Source of the DNA: a virus
Lineage: Duplodnaviria > Caudoviricetes
Length of the DNA: 60,524 bases
IMG/VR virus record: IMGVR_UViG_3300032156_000008
Span: 1 to 60,524 of that record
Direction: 5' to 3' (one strand)
Shown: in pieces, positions 46,675 to 56,456 of the stretch
How positions within the stretch are numbered: the stretch's first letter is position 1
Layout of the letters: each line of letters starts with the position of its first letter
Notes under the pieces: model-generated
What the model was told of the DNA's origin: nothing
The model's database searches: none
The model's input: the letters and a program-made list of their open reading frames with translations, nothing else
Position numbers and translations under genes: made by a program

Positions 46675-48240
46675 TCACGTCGCCGACTGCGTCGGCACTC
46701 CCCTCTGCTTGCTGTCGTCCATGTCCTCTCCACCCTGACGCCTCATCCACTCGCGGAATCTCGCGTCCGTGGAGAAGTCCGCCGTCAGACCATTGATGAC
46801 GATCGACTTGCCCCTACCGAGCATCCCACCACCCTGCGTCGTCGCTCTCCACTCAGATGAAAGCCAGTCCATCGTCCCCTCCCCAGCGCTCCGCACGGCC
46901 CCCTTGCCGGTCAGCCCAAGAAGGCCTGCCGACTCGAGCCCGTAGACACCCGCGAGGCCGAGACTGAGGCCCGCCCCGACGGGGCCGAGCATACCCAGTC
47001 CCCCGAGCCCCCCGAGGCCCCCCCCCCCGCCCGCGCCCCCCGCCCCGCCGATAACGCCCAGCCCCTTTAGGAGGACGTAGGCGGAGGCGAGCTTGGTCAC
47101 CCCGTCGGACGCGGCCGACGCGGAGTCGGCGAGGGGGCCGAGGACAGTGAGCTGCTGGTGAATAGCGGCGTTCGTCCTCTCCGCACCCGTCGCCGTCATG
47201 TCCTCGGCGTTGGCGAACCTCTCGGTCGCGCCCGCCGACGCCTCCAGCTTGGCGCCCGCCGTCGAGAGCTCCTCGCCGGTGAGTCCGAGGGACTTCATCA
47301 GGACGGAGTGCGCGTCGGCGGCGCCCAGCGTCGACGGCTTGAGGTCCTTCATCTTCTGATCGACCACGGCCTGCTGTGTCGTGTAGTGTCCGAGCTCCTG
47401 CTTCAGGCCGAAGATCTCGTTCTTGTAGGCCTTGCTCGAGACGAGGCCGGCGTCGACCCTCTCGTTCAGATCGCCCCACCTCTGCTTGACGCCGTCGATC
47501 TTCTCCTGAAGGGCGTCGTGCTCGTCGGTGAGCCCCTTCATCTCCTTGCCGGACTCTCCGCCCGCGTCGGCGACCTCCTTGAGGGCGGAGGTCATCAGCG
47601 ACATGGCCCTCTTGCCCGAAACCCCCCTCTCATTGAGGGCCATCAGGATGGTGATAGTGTCGTTTAGGGAGATACCCGTCGCCGCGAGCTGCGGCCCCAT
47701 CCGAGCCATCTGGCTGGAGAACATCGAGGCCGACAAGTCCGTCGTCTGGAACATGGTCGTCAGTCGATCCATGTACTGGGGCGAGTCCCTGACGTCGACG
47801 CCGAACTGCTTGAACGCCGGGGCCATCTGGTAGAGGAGGGTCGCCGCGTTCGTCTCGTTCGCGTCCCCGAACGCCTTGTACTTCTGGATGAGCGTCTCCA
47901 TGTCGTCGGCGTTGGTGACGTGCTCCTTACCGAGCTGCACCTCGAGGGCCGTGATGTCGGCCATCGAGTTGTGGACGTCCTGATACTTCTGCGCGAGCCC
48001 CTCCAGAGTGTCCCTCTGAATGCCCGTGATGAGCGCGGCCCTCTCGGCGGTGCCCGTCACGACGGCGTGCTCCTTCGCGAACTCCTGTATCCTGTCGTTC
48101 ACCCTGTCGATCTGTGCGATGATCGTGTCAGACGTGATAATAAAGCCCTGCTGCGCGGCGTCGAGCCCCTCGCCCGTCTCGTCCTGAGCGAAGATACTGT
48201 ATGCGACGCCGCCCATCGACCCGAAAATTCCTCCGAGCAT
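46675..48240 (-). CDS. Tape measure protein
   Basis: Helical Ala/Gly-rich; G.SL.DT...L.AL..RG..G..A pattern; follows the chaperone. Confidence 0.8.
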   Translation of the reverse strand: MLGGIFGSMGGVAYSIFAQDETGEGLDAAQQGFIITSDTIIAQIDRVNDRIQEFAKEHAVVTGTAERAALITGIQRDTLEGLAQKYQDVHNSMADITALEVQLGKEHVTNADDMETLIQKYKAFGDANETNAATLLYQMAPAFKQFGVDVRDSPQYMDRLTTMFQTTDLSASMFSSQMARMGPQLAATGISLNDTITILMALNERGVSGKRAMSLMTSALKEVADAGGESGKEMKGLTDEHDALQEKIDGVKQRWGDLNERVDAGLVSSKAYKNEIFGLKQELGHYTTQQAVVDQKMKDLKPSTLGAADAHSVLMKSLGLTGEELSTAGAKLEASAGATERFANAEDMTATGAERTNAAIHQQLTVLGPLADSASAASDGVTKLASAYVLLKGLGVIGGAGGAGGGGGLGGLGGLGMLGPVGAGLSLGLAGVYGLESAGLLGLTGKGAVRSAGEGTMDWLSSEWRATTQGGGMLGRGKSIVINGLTADFSTDARFREWMRRQGGEDMDDSKQRGVPTQSAT

Positions 48241-48310
48241 CTACGTTATCCTCCTTACGAGCACCGCCCCGCCCGTCCTCCACCACGACTCCCAGTAGGC
48301 ACGGATGTCC

Positions 48311-48886
48311 TCAGGGAGGCCCGCCCATGTTCGCGGGTCCAGCACCCCGAGGTCCCTGAGCATCAGGCCGTATTCCCTCCCCTCTCGGGTCGAGCCGAAA
48401 GGAGATAGCCCTGATCACCCTCTCCGCTCGCTGGCGGACGGAGCCCTCCTGCGACTCGAAGTATTGCAGCAGGACCTCGAGGAAGTCATTGGCCGCGAAC
48501 TTGTCGGGGTTCGCGAGCATCCACTCCTTGTTCAGTTCCTCGTCGACGGTGATGAGCTCGACGAGCTCGAACGCCGCCTCGGGGCGCCTCCTCGAGACCC
48601 ACTCGAGGAGCAGCTGCCCCGCCAGTCTCTCCTCCGTCTCGCTCATGCAGGAGCGAACGGCTATTCTGTCGCCACCCCGAAGGGTGATGTAGTCGGGGGC
48701 TGGCTCCTCGCGGACACGTCTCTCGAGGAGGGCGATGGCGCTGACCGCCTCTATCGCCTGTCTCCGTATGACCGCGTCTCGCCTGCGCCACTCAGTCGAT
48801 GACTCGTCCGCGTGACGGATGAACGCCGCCTTCTCGCTCGGCGTCATCACCCGCCCGAGCGCCCGAGCTGTCCCTCCTCCGGCCAT
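48311..48886 (-). CDS. Tail assembly chaperone (probable +1 frameshift extension to 48241)
   Basis: Position between tail tube and tape measure; TCC-TTT-CGG at 48395-48403. Confidence 0.7.
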   Translation of the reverse strand: MAGGGTARALGRVMTPSEKAAFIRHADESSTEWRRRDAVIRRQAIEAVSAIALLERRVREEPAPDYITLRGGDRIAVRSCMSETEERLAGQLLLEWVSRRRPEAAFELVELITVDEELNKEWMLANPDKFAANDFLEVLLQYFESQEGSVRQRAERVIRAISFRLDPRGEGIRPDAQGPRGAGPANMGGPP

Positions 48887-48897
48887 CGCTCGTCACC

Positions 48898-49683
48898 TCA
48901 CGGGGAGAGATCCGTCGTGTCCGAGACCGCCATGTCGGCGTCGGGGTCGAGGATGGTGAAGGCGATGTCCTCGTCGAGGAGCTTGTTGGCGTCCCCGGAC
49001 GCGAACAGCCCCTTCGAGATCCACGCGTGGTGGAAGAGGGCCATGATGAAGTCGCCCGTCACGGAGTCCTCCACGACGCACTCGAGGTCGTAGTACTTCG
49101 GCATCCCGACGGTGTACGACGTGCCCCCGACGATTGTGTTGAAGGACATCGTCCCATCGCCGTCGATGACGAGGCCGAGCGGGGTGAAGCTACTCACCGA
49201 CTTAAAGGTCCTCTTCCCGTCGAGGTTCTTCGTGGCGTCGGTGATGATCGGGACGTCGATGACCTCCGTCAGCTCCGCGTCGTTCACGTCCGTCCCGAAG
49301 GCGAGGATCTGCCCGGGGGTCGTGACGCCGTCGCCCGTGCCCTTCGCGAACTCGACGCGGAGGCGGGACGGGACGACGATGGGTTCTGAGTTGTCGATAA
49401 CCGTCCCCGCCGTGACCGCCCCCGCGGCGACGAGCTCGAGGTTAGCGCCCCCGGTCGGCGTGTTGTTTAGCATCCCGCCGATGAGGTTCGCGTTTCTCAA
49501 TATGCCCTTGGCCGTGACGACCATGGGTCCTATCTTGCCCGGTGCGGACAGATCGCTCCACGCGCCACCTCTGGCATGGGAGGCCGCACCCCTGCTGACG
49601 GGGATCTCGAAGATCGCGCTCGCGAGGAGCGTGTCGTCGACGAGGATTCTCCCCTGTTGCCCGGTGTAGTGTGAGACTACCAT
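48898..49683 (-). CDS. Major tail tube protein
   Basis: Position; strong AAGGAGG RBS; YTG..G.I start and E.IAFT end. Confidence 0.65.
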   Translation of the reverse strand: MVVSHYTGQQGRILVDDTLLASAIFEIPVSRGAASHARGGAWSDLSAPGKIGPMVVTAKGILRNANLIGGMLNNTPTGGANLELVAAGAVTAGTVIDNSEPIVVPSRLRVEFAKGTGDGVTTPGQILAFGTDVNDAELTEVIDVPIITDATKNLDGKRTFKSVSSFTPLGLVIDGDGTMSFNTIVGGTSYTVGMPKYYDLECVVEDSVTGDFIMALFHHAWISKGLFASGDANKLLDEDIAFTILDPDADMAVSDTTDLSP

Positions 49684-49780
49684 AATAATTCCTCCTTGGC
49701 GCTCCAGCGAGCGCCGTCTGTGTGCTCGACATCCTGTGCCGGCCGGCTCACGGGGTGCCCCCCGATCATCGACGGCGGGG

Positions 49781-50788
49781 TCATAATCCACCCCAGAGAT
49801 AGGCATAATCGAAGACCATCTCCCCGGCGGTGTAGACACCGGGGTCGCTGATAACGAGGGACACCACGCGGTCCACGCCGTCCGCCACGAACGGAGAGTT
49901 AAGGAGGTGCCGAGTCGACGGCGCGCCCATGCTCAGGGGAGGGTCGGAGAAGGTAAAGGGGTCGACTGGCGCCGGGTCGGCCGGGTAGTCGATCGTGTAG
50001 GCGCCACTCCACTGAAGGATCGCCCACGCCCCCTTGATGTCCACTGCCCCTATTCCGTCTATGTATTGCACCCACTGGGCGCCGTCCCAGTAGTAACCGG
50101 ACTGAGACGGCCCGAAGCACGCCTCGACCTCCACGTAGTTGTCCGCGTCGATCGAGTCCACGCTCAGGGCGTAGGCCATGATGGTGTCGAGGCTGAAGTA
50201 GTGGTATGGGGGCGAGGCCTCGAACACATGCTCGACGAAGCTCTCCGTTAGGGCCGAGGCGGCCAGCGTGCCGAAGGTGTGGAGGAGCTCCCCCGTAGCG
50301 CCGTTGTATATCCCCACGGATATCGTCTGAGTGGGACTCCCGTGCTTGCGAAGGAAGAAGGAGGCACGCACGAAGGTGACGTCGGTGGCCGAGCCAACCG
50401 TCTCCCCCACTATCGAGTAGACCTTGCCGAGGGGGAACGCGGTCTTCTCCTCCCCGTCGATCGGGTATAAATACTCAGCCGACGGCATGAACCTCTCGGA
50501 GATCCTCGACGCGAGCGCGACCAGAGTGGACCCGCCCGGCAGGGTAAACAGGGGGAACGCCGTCTGGAGGGACAAGTCCTCGTGGGTGACGGTCTTGGAC
50601 CTCGACTGGACCCCGGGGCCGGCGTAGGACAGCCTCGACCAGACGCTCGCCCCGTCCCCGAACTTAAACTTCTTCGTGTCGGTCTCGTAGCCGATCTCGC
50701 CCTCCTTGAGGACGGGGTTCGCCGCGGCCCACGCCGCCGCGCTCCCCCGCCTCTGAAGCATCTTGGCTATGATTATCTCTTCCGTCAT
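49781..50788 (-). CDS. Mtd_N-domain structural protein
   Basis: QRRGSAAAWAAANPVLKEGEIGYETDTKKFKFGDG...W..L.Y. Confidence 0.75.
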   Translation of the reverse strand: MTEEIIIAKMLQRRGSAAAWAAANPVLKEGEIGYETDTKKFKFGDGASVWSRLSYAGPGVQSRSKTVTHEDLSLQTAFPLFTLPGGSTLVALASRISERFMPSAEYLYPIDGEEKTAFPLGKVYSIVGETVGSATDVTFVRASFFLRKHGSPTQTISVGIYNGATGELLHTFGTLAASALTESFVEHVFEASPPYHYFSLDTIMAYALSVDSIDADNYVEVEACFGPSQSGYYWDGAQWVQYIDGIGAVDIKGAWAILQWSGAYTIDYPADPAPVDPFTFSDPPLSMGAPSTRHLLNSPFVADGVDRVVSLVISDPGVYTAGEMVFDYAYLWGGL

Positions 50789-51303
50789 GGACTCCCTCCG
50801 TCGTAGACCTCTCCCACGAGGGCCTCGGCCTCGATCTCGACCTGCGGGCCGCCCTCCCTGTGGTAGCGGAAGACGAAGTGGAGGGAGTAGTGCCATATCT
50901 GCGTGGCCTCCTCGGGGACTAGTCCGCCCCCGACTCTCTCCCACCCGTGCGTCTCGGCGACGTAGTCCGTCGGGTTGAGCAGGATCTCCTTGATCTTCTG
51001 CGCGATCGCGTCGGCGTCCTCTGGTAGGTTCGGCGGTGCGGAGTCGCCCCACGACACCCACACGTCGATCTGCACCGACGGCATACTCTCCCAGACTATC
51101 GCGTGGGGGACAGACCACGAAGCGACCCCGCCGGGGAACGGATCGTCCCTCTCCCCTGACTCCTTCACCGTCACCGACGGGACCTTTATCGGGGCGATTC
51201 GACTGAACCTGAATATGCGCGACTCGTCTCCTCTCAGCATGGCCACGAGGGCGTCGCTGGCCCTCAGCTTGGCTATGATGCCGTCGTATATGCTCGGCTT
51301 CAT
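50785..51303 (-). CDS. Tail completion/terminator protein
   Basis: Position; VQIDVW motif. Confidence 0.65.
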   Translation of the reverse strand: MKPSIYDGIIAKLRASDALVAMLRGDESRIFRFSRIAPIKVPSVTVKESGERDDPFPGGVASWSVPHAIVWESMPSVQIDVWVSWGDSAPPNLPEDADAIAQKIKEILLNPTDYVAETHGWERVGGGLVPEEATQIWHYSLHFVFRYHREGGPQVEIEAEALVGEVYDGGSP

Positions 51304-51304
51304 C

Positions 51305-51805
51305 CTACCCTGACCTCGTAATGACCTCGCCGATCGCCTCTCTGAGGGGCATCTCGATGAGGTCCACTATCTCGTCGTGCGAGTCGAGGATCGCGTCGAG
51401 GACGAACGGGCGGGCGGGCACGACCCTGACGGTGCCACCCCCGTATTTCGCGATCGCCGACTCCGTCGACGATGTGTAGGCGACCGTGTGGCCCTCGTGG
51501 ACCGGGCGGGCGTAGTCGAGATCAGACCCGATCACGCCCTCGACCCACCGCGAGCCGACGCTCACCCTGCTCGTAACACTGCTCCTGAGGTCGCCGATGT
51601 CGAAGGGCGCCCCGCTCCTCAGGTTGCCCTGACGGTCGACCTTCGTCGGAAAGACCATCCAGTCGTAGGGGGACCTGCCGGGGGTGCAGTAGTCCTTCGC
51701 GACGCCCTCGACGTAGTGGGTGGCGTCCGTGACGCCCCTCTTGATGGCGTTTTTGCTGCCCTGCTTGAGCACGCCGAACTTCGCCACGAGCTCCCCCGGA
51801 GTCAT
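51305..51805 (-). CDS. HK97 gp10-like neck protein
   Basis: APFDIGDLRSS, YARPVHEG, PARPF. Confidence 0.8.
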   Translation of the reverse strand: MTPGELVAKFGVLKQGSKNAIKRGVTDATHYVEGVAKDYCTPGRSPYDWMVFPTKVDRQGNLRSGAPFDIGDLRSSVTSRVSVGSRWVEGVIGSDLDYARPVHEGHTVAYTSSTESAIAKYGGGTVRVVPARPFVLDAILDSHDEIVDLIEMPLREAIGEVITRSG

Positions 51806-51833
51806 CAGACTGCCGCGCGGCGCCCTCGCCATC

Positions 51834-52151
51834 TCAGATCAGCCCCTGCCTGAGCGCCTCGACGATGTCGTAGGCGCGCCCGCCCGCGACAAGGAAGACT
51901 ATGAGGAAGAGCAGGAGATCCTGATAGTGGGTGAATACCCAGTCTTTCAGAGTCCTGTTGGTCTTCTCCTTCTCGATCTCGGCCTCGACCGCGGCGTGGG
52001 CCGCCACGTCTGAGAGCTCCTTCTTGTGTAGCTCATCCTTCAGCCCATCGATAGAGGTCTGCACACTCGCGCAGAACGTCTGAATCTCTCCCCTCACTAC
52101 CTCCATCCTGTGATCGCATTGATCTGACGATACTGCTGCGTCTCCGTTCAT
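51834..52151 (-). CDS. Coiled-coil protein with a C-terminal TM helix
   Basis: LLLFLIVFLVAG. Confidence 0.6.
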   Translation of the reverse strand: MNGDAAVSSDQCDHRMEVVRGEIQTFCASVQTSIDGLKDELHKKELSDVAAHAAVEAEIEKEKTNRTLKDWVFTHYQDLLLFLIVFLVAGGRAYDIVEALRQGLI

Positions 52152-52696
52152 AACATCGGGACCTCCTCAAGGGTGGCCTCGTAGTGGTTAATGCCGTGCA
52201 GAAAGTGCGCGGCGTAGAGGCCCGTGATGCGGAACGTCTTGGCGAACCCGATGGTCGCCGACGTTATCCTGTGCTCCGTCGGGGTGATCGTCACCGTCGG
52301 CGGCACAATAACCTTAGTGTCGAGGTCCTGAAACTGCCCGGGGCCGATCAGCGCGATCGGCTTCCGAGTCGTGTAGAACCGGCACGGGACGTCGATCTGG
52401 TCGTCCCCCCAGTAGTAGTCGGGCGTGCCTCCCTGCGTCTCGAAGGCCGAGACGGTGTCGGAGATGGCCGAGGCGGTCTCATTCGTGATCGTCTCGGACT
52501 CCATAAAGATACCCTCCACGTCGCGCAGGACTAGTCCGCCCGTCAGCAGCCTGTCGACTATACCCACGGCCTCGGAGGTGCCGCCCTCGATGGCGTCGTC
52601 TATCGCGAACACCCCGCCCGTCAGACCGGAGTAGTCGATGCGGACCTTCCGGACTCTGGCTTGTATGGTGCACCTGTGGGTGAGGGCGAAGAGCAC
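52148..52696 (-). CDS. Head closure/stopper-like protein
   Basis: LTHRCTI...VPCRF...HYEATL pattern; position. Confidence 0.6.
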   Translation of the reverse strand: MLFALTHRCTIQARVRKVRIDYSGLTGGVFAIDDAIEGGTSEAVGIVDRLLTGGLVLRDVEGIFMESETITNETASAISDTVSAFETQGGTPDYYWGDDQIDVPCRFYTTRKPIALIGPGQFQDLDTKVIVPPTVTITPTEHRITSATIGFAKTFRITGLYAAHFLHGINHYEATLEEVPML

Positions 52697-52700
52697 GGTC

Positions 52701-53189
52701 TCACGTCCCGTTCACGATCTTGATCGCCGAGTAGTCACCCTCGTAGAGGTCCTCGACCGCGAGCTTGTCGATGTGCACGTATGCAGAGGAGACGAAGTTC
52801 AGCTCCTCCCCGTAGGCGATCGGGACGACGAATGTATACGTCCCCCCCGCGACGAGCGCGACGCCCGCGTTTAGCTGCTCCACGGAGTCGTTATTCCCTC
52901 CGCCGTATCTCGTCACAGAGAGCACGACACTCCTGTTGGCCGACCAGAGCACCCCGAGATACATGAACGGCTGACCGACCCCGGACGGCAGACTCAGATT
53001 GGAGCTCAGAATGAGCGCGTTCGGAGCCGCCGTCGTGTTCACGGTGAGGTTCTGGACTAGTCTCCCGTTGAGCTGGGACGGGGAGACCCCGCCGACGCCG
53101 AGTATCGGCTTGGTCGGCGCGGTGCACCCCGCCGCCAGCAGCATCGCCGCGACGGCCACGGCGAGGAGGGAGAGGGTGATCGCCCTCAT
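52701..53189 (-). CDS. Putative lipoprotein
   Basis: MRAITLSLLAVAVAAMLLAAGC lipobox-like signal. Confidence 0.65.
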   Translation of the reverse strand: MRAITLSLLAVAVAAMLLAAGCTAPTKPILGVGGVSPSQLNGRLVQNLTVNTTAAPNALILSSNLSLPSGVGQPFMYLGVLWSANRSVVLSVTRYGGGNNDSVEQLNAGVALVAGGTYTFVVPIAYGEELNFVSSAYVHIDKLAVEDLYEGDYSAIKIVNGT

Positions 53190-53950
53190 GGCAGTCTCAC
53201 CCAGCTCATGACCGACCGCCCGTCTGGATCGGACACGACCGCCCATATGCCGTCGCCGAGGGCGTCGACCTTGCCGCACACCTTGACCTTCGTCGACCCT
53301 GTGGCCGCGTAGATCCAGTCGAAGTGCAGCGTCCGGTTGCCCGCCGCGTGGAACGTCGTGCCGGCTCTCTCCGAGTTCGTCACGGCCGAGGTGCCCGAGC
53401 CCGTGCACAGAATGTAGGACGACTGCGTCGCGGTGGACGTGACGGTGATGATCTCACGGATGTCGGCGCTGATCAGGTAGTAGCCCGCGCTCGGGACCGT
53501 GACGTTGAGCGCCTGCGTGGTGCCGACCGCCGCGATCTCCGAGAACGCCGCCGTCAGGTTGTAGTATGCATCCCGGTAGGCGGTGCTGTTCGTGTAGACT
53601 GCCGTCCCGTTCCCCGAGAGGGCCGTGACGTTGAGCGCCCCCGCGTCGATCGCCAGACTAGCGTTCTTGTCCGCGGCGTCGAGCGCCTTCGAGATGTTGA
53701 CGCTATTAGCGTCGGTGCTCTTCGTCAGGTTGGCGATGAGGTCCTCCACGAGGAACGCCCTGCGGGTGACGTTGTTCGCCATGTCGACCCAGTTGAGGGC
53801 CGTGATCTTCGTGATCGCGGGGTCGTTCCACGCCGAGCCATAGGGCGCCGGCTGGGCCGTCGGCTGCGACGGCAGGACAAGTCCCGCGAGGGACACGACC
53901 AGCGCCACGACGGCGACGACCGCCATCATCTTCTGCATGAATGGGGTCAT
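53186..53950 (-). CDS. Membrane-anchored protein with a beta-sandwich-like C-terminus
   Basis: N-terminal TM; TVPSAGYYLISA motif. Confidence 0.6.
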   Translation of the reverse strand: MTPFMQKMMAVVAVVALVVSLAGLVLPSQPTAQPAPYGSAWNDPAITKITALNWVDMANNVTRRAFLVEDLIANLTKSTDANSVNISKALDAADKNASLAIDAGALNVTALSGNGTAVYTNSTAYRDAYYNLTAAFSEIAAVGTTQALNVTVPSAGYYLISADIREIITVTSTATQSSYILCTGSGTSAVTNSERAGTTFHAAGNRTLHFDWIYAATGSTKVKVCGKVDALGDGIWAVVSDPDGRSVMSWVRLP

Positions 53951-54540
53951 GGGATCGCCACCCAGTAGATAGTCTGCGAGGTCCCCGCCTCACCGAGGTT
54001 GGTCTTGATCGCCACGGTGAACGTCGTGGACGCGATCGACGAGACCGTGACGATCTCGCCGGCCACTGTGCCGCTGACGACCACGGCGGTGGGGGCCGCC
54101 GAGAATCCGTGGGTGATCGTGCTTCCATCCGTTCTGGACGCCGTCGCCCCGTATCGGGGGATGGCCGCCGAGCCACTGCCCGACCCGACCGACAGCTCCC
54201 CGACCGTCGTGTAGACCTTCCACCCGTCGGGGCCGTAGACTGCGGCTCCGTAGGCGGGGATCGTGAACGACGGGGTGATGCGATAGCCGTCCACCGTCAG
54301 GTAGACCCCCGTGACGGCGGTGCCAGACGTGTTCGCGAGAAACACCGCCTCCACCCTCCCGGGCGCCACCGTGGGCGCCGTGTAGAGGGCGGCCGCCGTG
54401 CCGGCGAGCTGACCCTGCGCGAGGGTCTTGACGTCGCGCTGGTCGAAGGGGGACTTCTCGGAGCCCATGATCGAGTAGTCGATCACGGACGCCGTGCCCG
54501 CCACCCCGGCGACCACGCTCTTCTTGCTGATTGTGATCAT
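53947..54540 (-). CDS. Virion structural protein (fibre/H-lectin-like C-terminus)
   Basis: LYTAP, ITHGFSAAPTAVVV...IYWVA. Confidence 0.6.
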   Translation of the reverse strand: MITISKKSVVAGVAGTASVIDYSIMGSEKSPFDQRDVKTLAQGQLAGTAAALYTAPTVAPGRVEAVFLANTSGTAVTGVYLTVDGYRITPSFTIPAYGAAVYGPDGWKVYTTVGELSVGSGSGSAAIPRYGATASRTDGSTITHGFSAAPTAVVVSGTVAGEIVTVSSIASTTFTVAIKTNLGEAGTSQTIYWVAIP

Positions 54541-54557
54541 CTCTCCTTAACCTCCCA

Positions 54558-55085
54558 CTAGGGGTACAGGGGATTCGGCCCCTGCCCGGCCGGCCTCTTG
54601 TTGCTGGGGTCCGGCATCTTCATGTTGTTGTCGTCGAAGTCCATGAGGGGCAGCCTCTGGTTGCTCGGGTGAAGCGCCCTCGCCGTCTGCGAGTCCGCCG
54701 CCACGACGCCCGAGGACGCCACGACTGCGCGACTTCCCTTGAGGGTGATCAGCGCCTTGTACTGCGACAAGAAGTTGGTCATGACCTCGCCCGTCTCGTC
54801 GTCCACCTTCTTCTGGTAGGACAGGTCGCCGATGCGACCCGAGACGAGATCGTTGGCCCCCTCGAACGCCATGTAGAGGAAGTGGCAGACGAGAAACTCT
54901 GTCGCCTGATCGCTCTCTCCCCCGCCGAGGCCGGGGTTCTCTCTCGCGAACCTCTCCTCGGCCCTCGCGAGGGCGCGATCAAACATCGACTGCGTGTACG
55001 TCATAGACGTGGCGTCCTTCGTGGTGCCGAGACTGAACGGGCTGTCCCCGTCGATCATATCGGTCGTGACCGTCAAGCGCCTCAC
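54558..55085 (-). CDS. Head-tail connector/adaptor
   Basis: Position after MCP; LVCH.L, S.RIGDLSY, T.FL.QY pattern. Confidence 0.65.
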   Translation of the reverse strand: MRRLTVTTDMIDGDSPFSLGTTKDATSMTYTQSMFDRALARAEERFARENPGLGGGESDQATEFLVCHFLYMAFEGANDLVSGRIGDLSYQKKVDDETGEVMTNFLSQYKALITLKGSRAVVASSGVVAADSQTARALHPSNQRLPLMDFDDNNMKMPDPSNKRPAGQGPNPLYP

Positions 55086-55417
55086 CTCTTTGGCTTCTTG
55101 GAGACGAACTGACCGCCCGAGCCCCTCGGCTTGGCCTTGGGTCTCTCCTCGGGCGGCTCCGCCGCCGGCTCCTCCGCGGGGGGCTCCTTCGTCACCTTCG
55201 CCGCCACCCGCTCAGGCGGGGGCGTCGGCTTAGGCTCCTCGGGGAGCAGCTCGATGCTCCTCAGGCCGAGCAGATACTCCACCCTGCTCGTCGGGACCTC
55301 GACGATCATGCCCTTCTCGTTGGCACGATTGCCGTGGACCGACGTCTCGGTGGGTGGGTACCCGTCGACCACGAAGAATTTGCGGGCTCGCACCCGCGTC
55401 ATTGGGAATTCGTTCAT
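55082..55417 (-). CDS. Small Pro/Glu-rich head-associated protein
   Basis: Follows MCP; ends KPRGSGGQFVSKKPKR. Confidence 0.6.
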   Translation of the reverse strand: MNEFPMTRVRARKFFVVDGYPPTETSVHGNRANEKGMIVEVPTSRVEYLLGLRSIELLPEEPKPTPPPERVAAKVTKEPPAEEPAAEPPEERPKAKPRGSGGQFVSKKPKR

Positions 55418-55441
55418 TTCCGCGCCTCAGAGTGGGGAGAG

Positions 55442-55465
55442 TGAGGTGGACTAAAGTCCACCTCA
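55442..55465 (-). terminator. 11-bp perfect hairpin at the capsid gene stop
   Basis: TGAGGTGGACT-AA-AGTCCACCTCA, overlapping the TGA. Confidence 0.6.
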
Positions 55466-56443
55466 GCCCTGCACCAGTGTGGTGATCTGGCAGGCTGCGT
55501 ATGTCTGCTTCAGGTGCGGGTAGACGATCGACGTCATCGTCGAGTAGATGGGGGAGTTGTTCGGGTCGCGGCTGTCGTAGCCGAGGCTCGTCTTGACGTC
55601 CTGGATGACGTATTCCTCATACCATGTCCTCGACGGGTCGTCCGGCAGGAGGAGGGCCGTGCCCTGCGCCATCGCCGTGATCGTCTGGGTCTTGCTGGTG
55701 AGCGGGTCCGTGATGGTCACGGCCGGGAGCTCCCAGATGCCGCCGGGGCCGGAGACTTCTCCGTGACGGAGGGTCTTGAGGACCGCGTCCATCTCCTTCA
55801 CCCCGAGGGTGCTGATGATCCCGTCGAGCCACGAGTAGTCCACGGCGTTCATGAACAGGTGGTAGTTCCCGTTCGGGGGCTTGACGCCCCGCGCCTTGAG
55901 GGCTCCGATGGACGCGCCGATCATCTTGTTGAAGTTCCCGTAGTAGTTCCCGTTCCCGAAGGTCGTCGAGGTGGTGTACTGGGTGTCCGCACCCTGATAG
56001 AACCCCTCGATGGCGTAGTTGGTGCCGTCGGGCGCCCACCCCTGAAAGATCAGGGCGTCCTCGAGAACCGCCATCTGGTAGGCCTGCGACGCCGCCCCGA
56101 TACGGGTGATGTCGATGGCCCCCCCGGCGTAGTTCTGGAGGGCGTTGAACTCCTTGCGGTCGATCTCGATCTGGTGCCGCAGGATGGGCAGCTGGACGTT
56201 CTCACGGCTGAGCCGCGGGGCGTCCTTGATGTCGTTGGGCCTCGGGAGCTGGTAGGCGATGGTCGCCGGGCCAGCGTCGGCCAGACGCACCGCGTCGACC
56301 GAGTAGATGCCCTCTCCCTTGATATTCGGGTTGGCGGTGATCGCCTGTCTCGCGATCGTCCACGCCCGAAGGGGCTGGATGATCTCGAGGTCGATCGCCT
56401 GACCAGCGCGGAACAGGAGAGGCTCGAGAGTAACGGTAGGCAT
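55463..56443 (-). CDS. Major capsid protein (HK97 fold, encapsulin/Linocin_M18-like)
   Basis: 326 aa; LPIL....I...E, A.LED.LIFQG; position after scaffold and decoration genes; AGGAGG RBS. Confidence 0.8.
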   Translation of the reverse strand: MPTVTLEPLLFRAGQAIDLEIIQPLRAWTIARQAITANPNIKGEGIYSVDAVRLADAGPATIAYQLPRPNDIKDAPRLSRENVQLPILRHQIEIDRKEFNALQNYAGGAIDITRIGAASQAYQMAVLEDALIFQGWAPDGTNYAIEGFYQGADTQYTTSTTFGNGNYYGNFNKMIGASIGALKARGVKPPNGNYHLFMNAVDYSWLDGIISTLGVKEMDAVLKTLRHGEVSGPGGIWELPAVTITDPLTSKTQTITAMAQGTALLLPDDPSRTWYEEYVIQDVKTSLGYDSRDPNNSPIYSTMTSIVYPHLKQTYAACQITTLVQG

Positions 56444-56456
56444 GTCTCATCCCCTC

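Noticed and set aside
49781-50788. Diversity-generating retroelement suggested by Mtd_N domains
   Set aside because: No reverse transcriptase or template/variable repeat pair seen.
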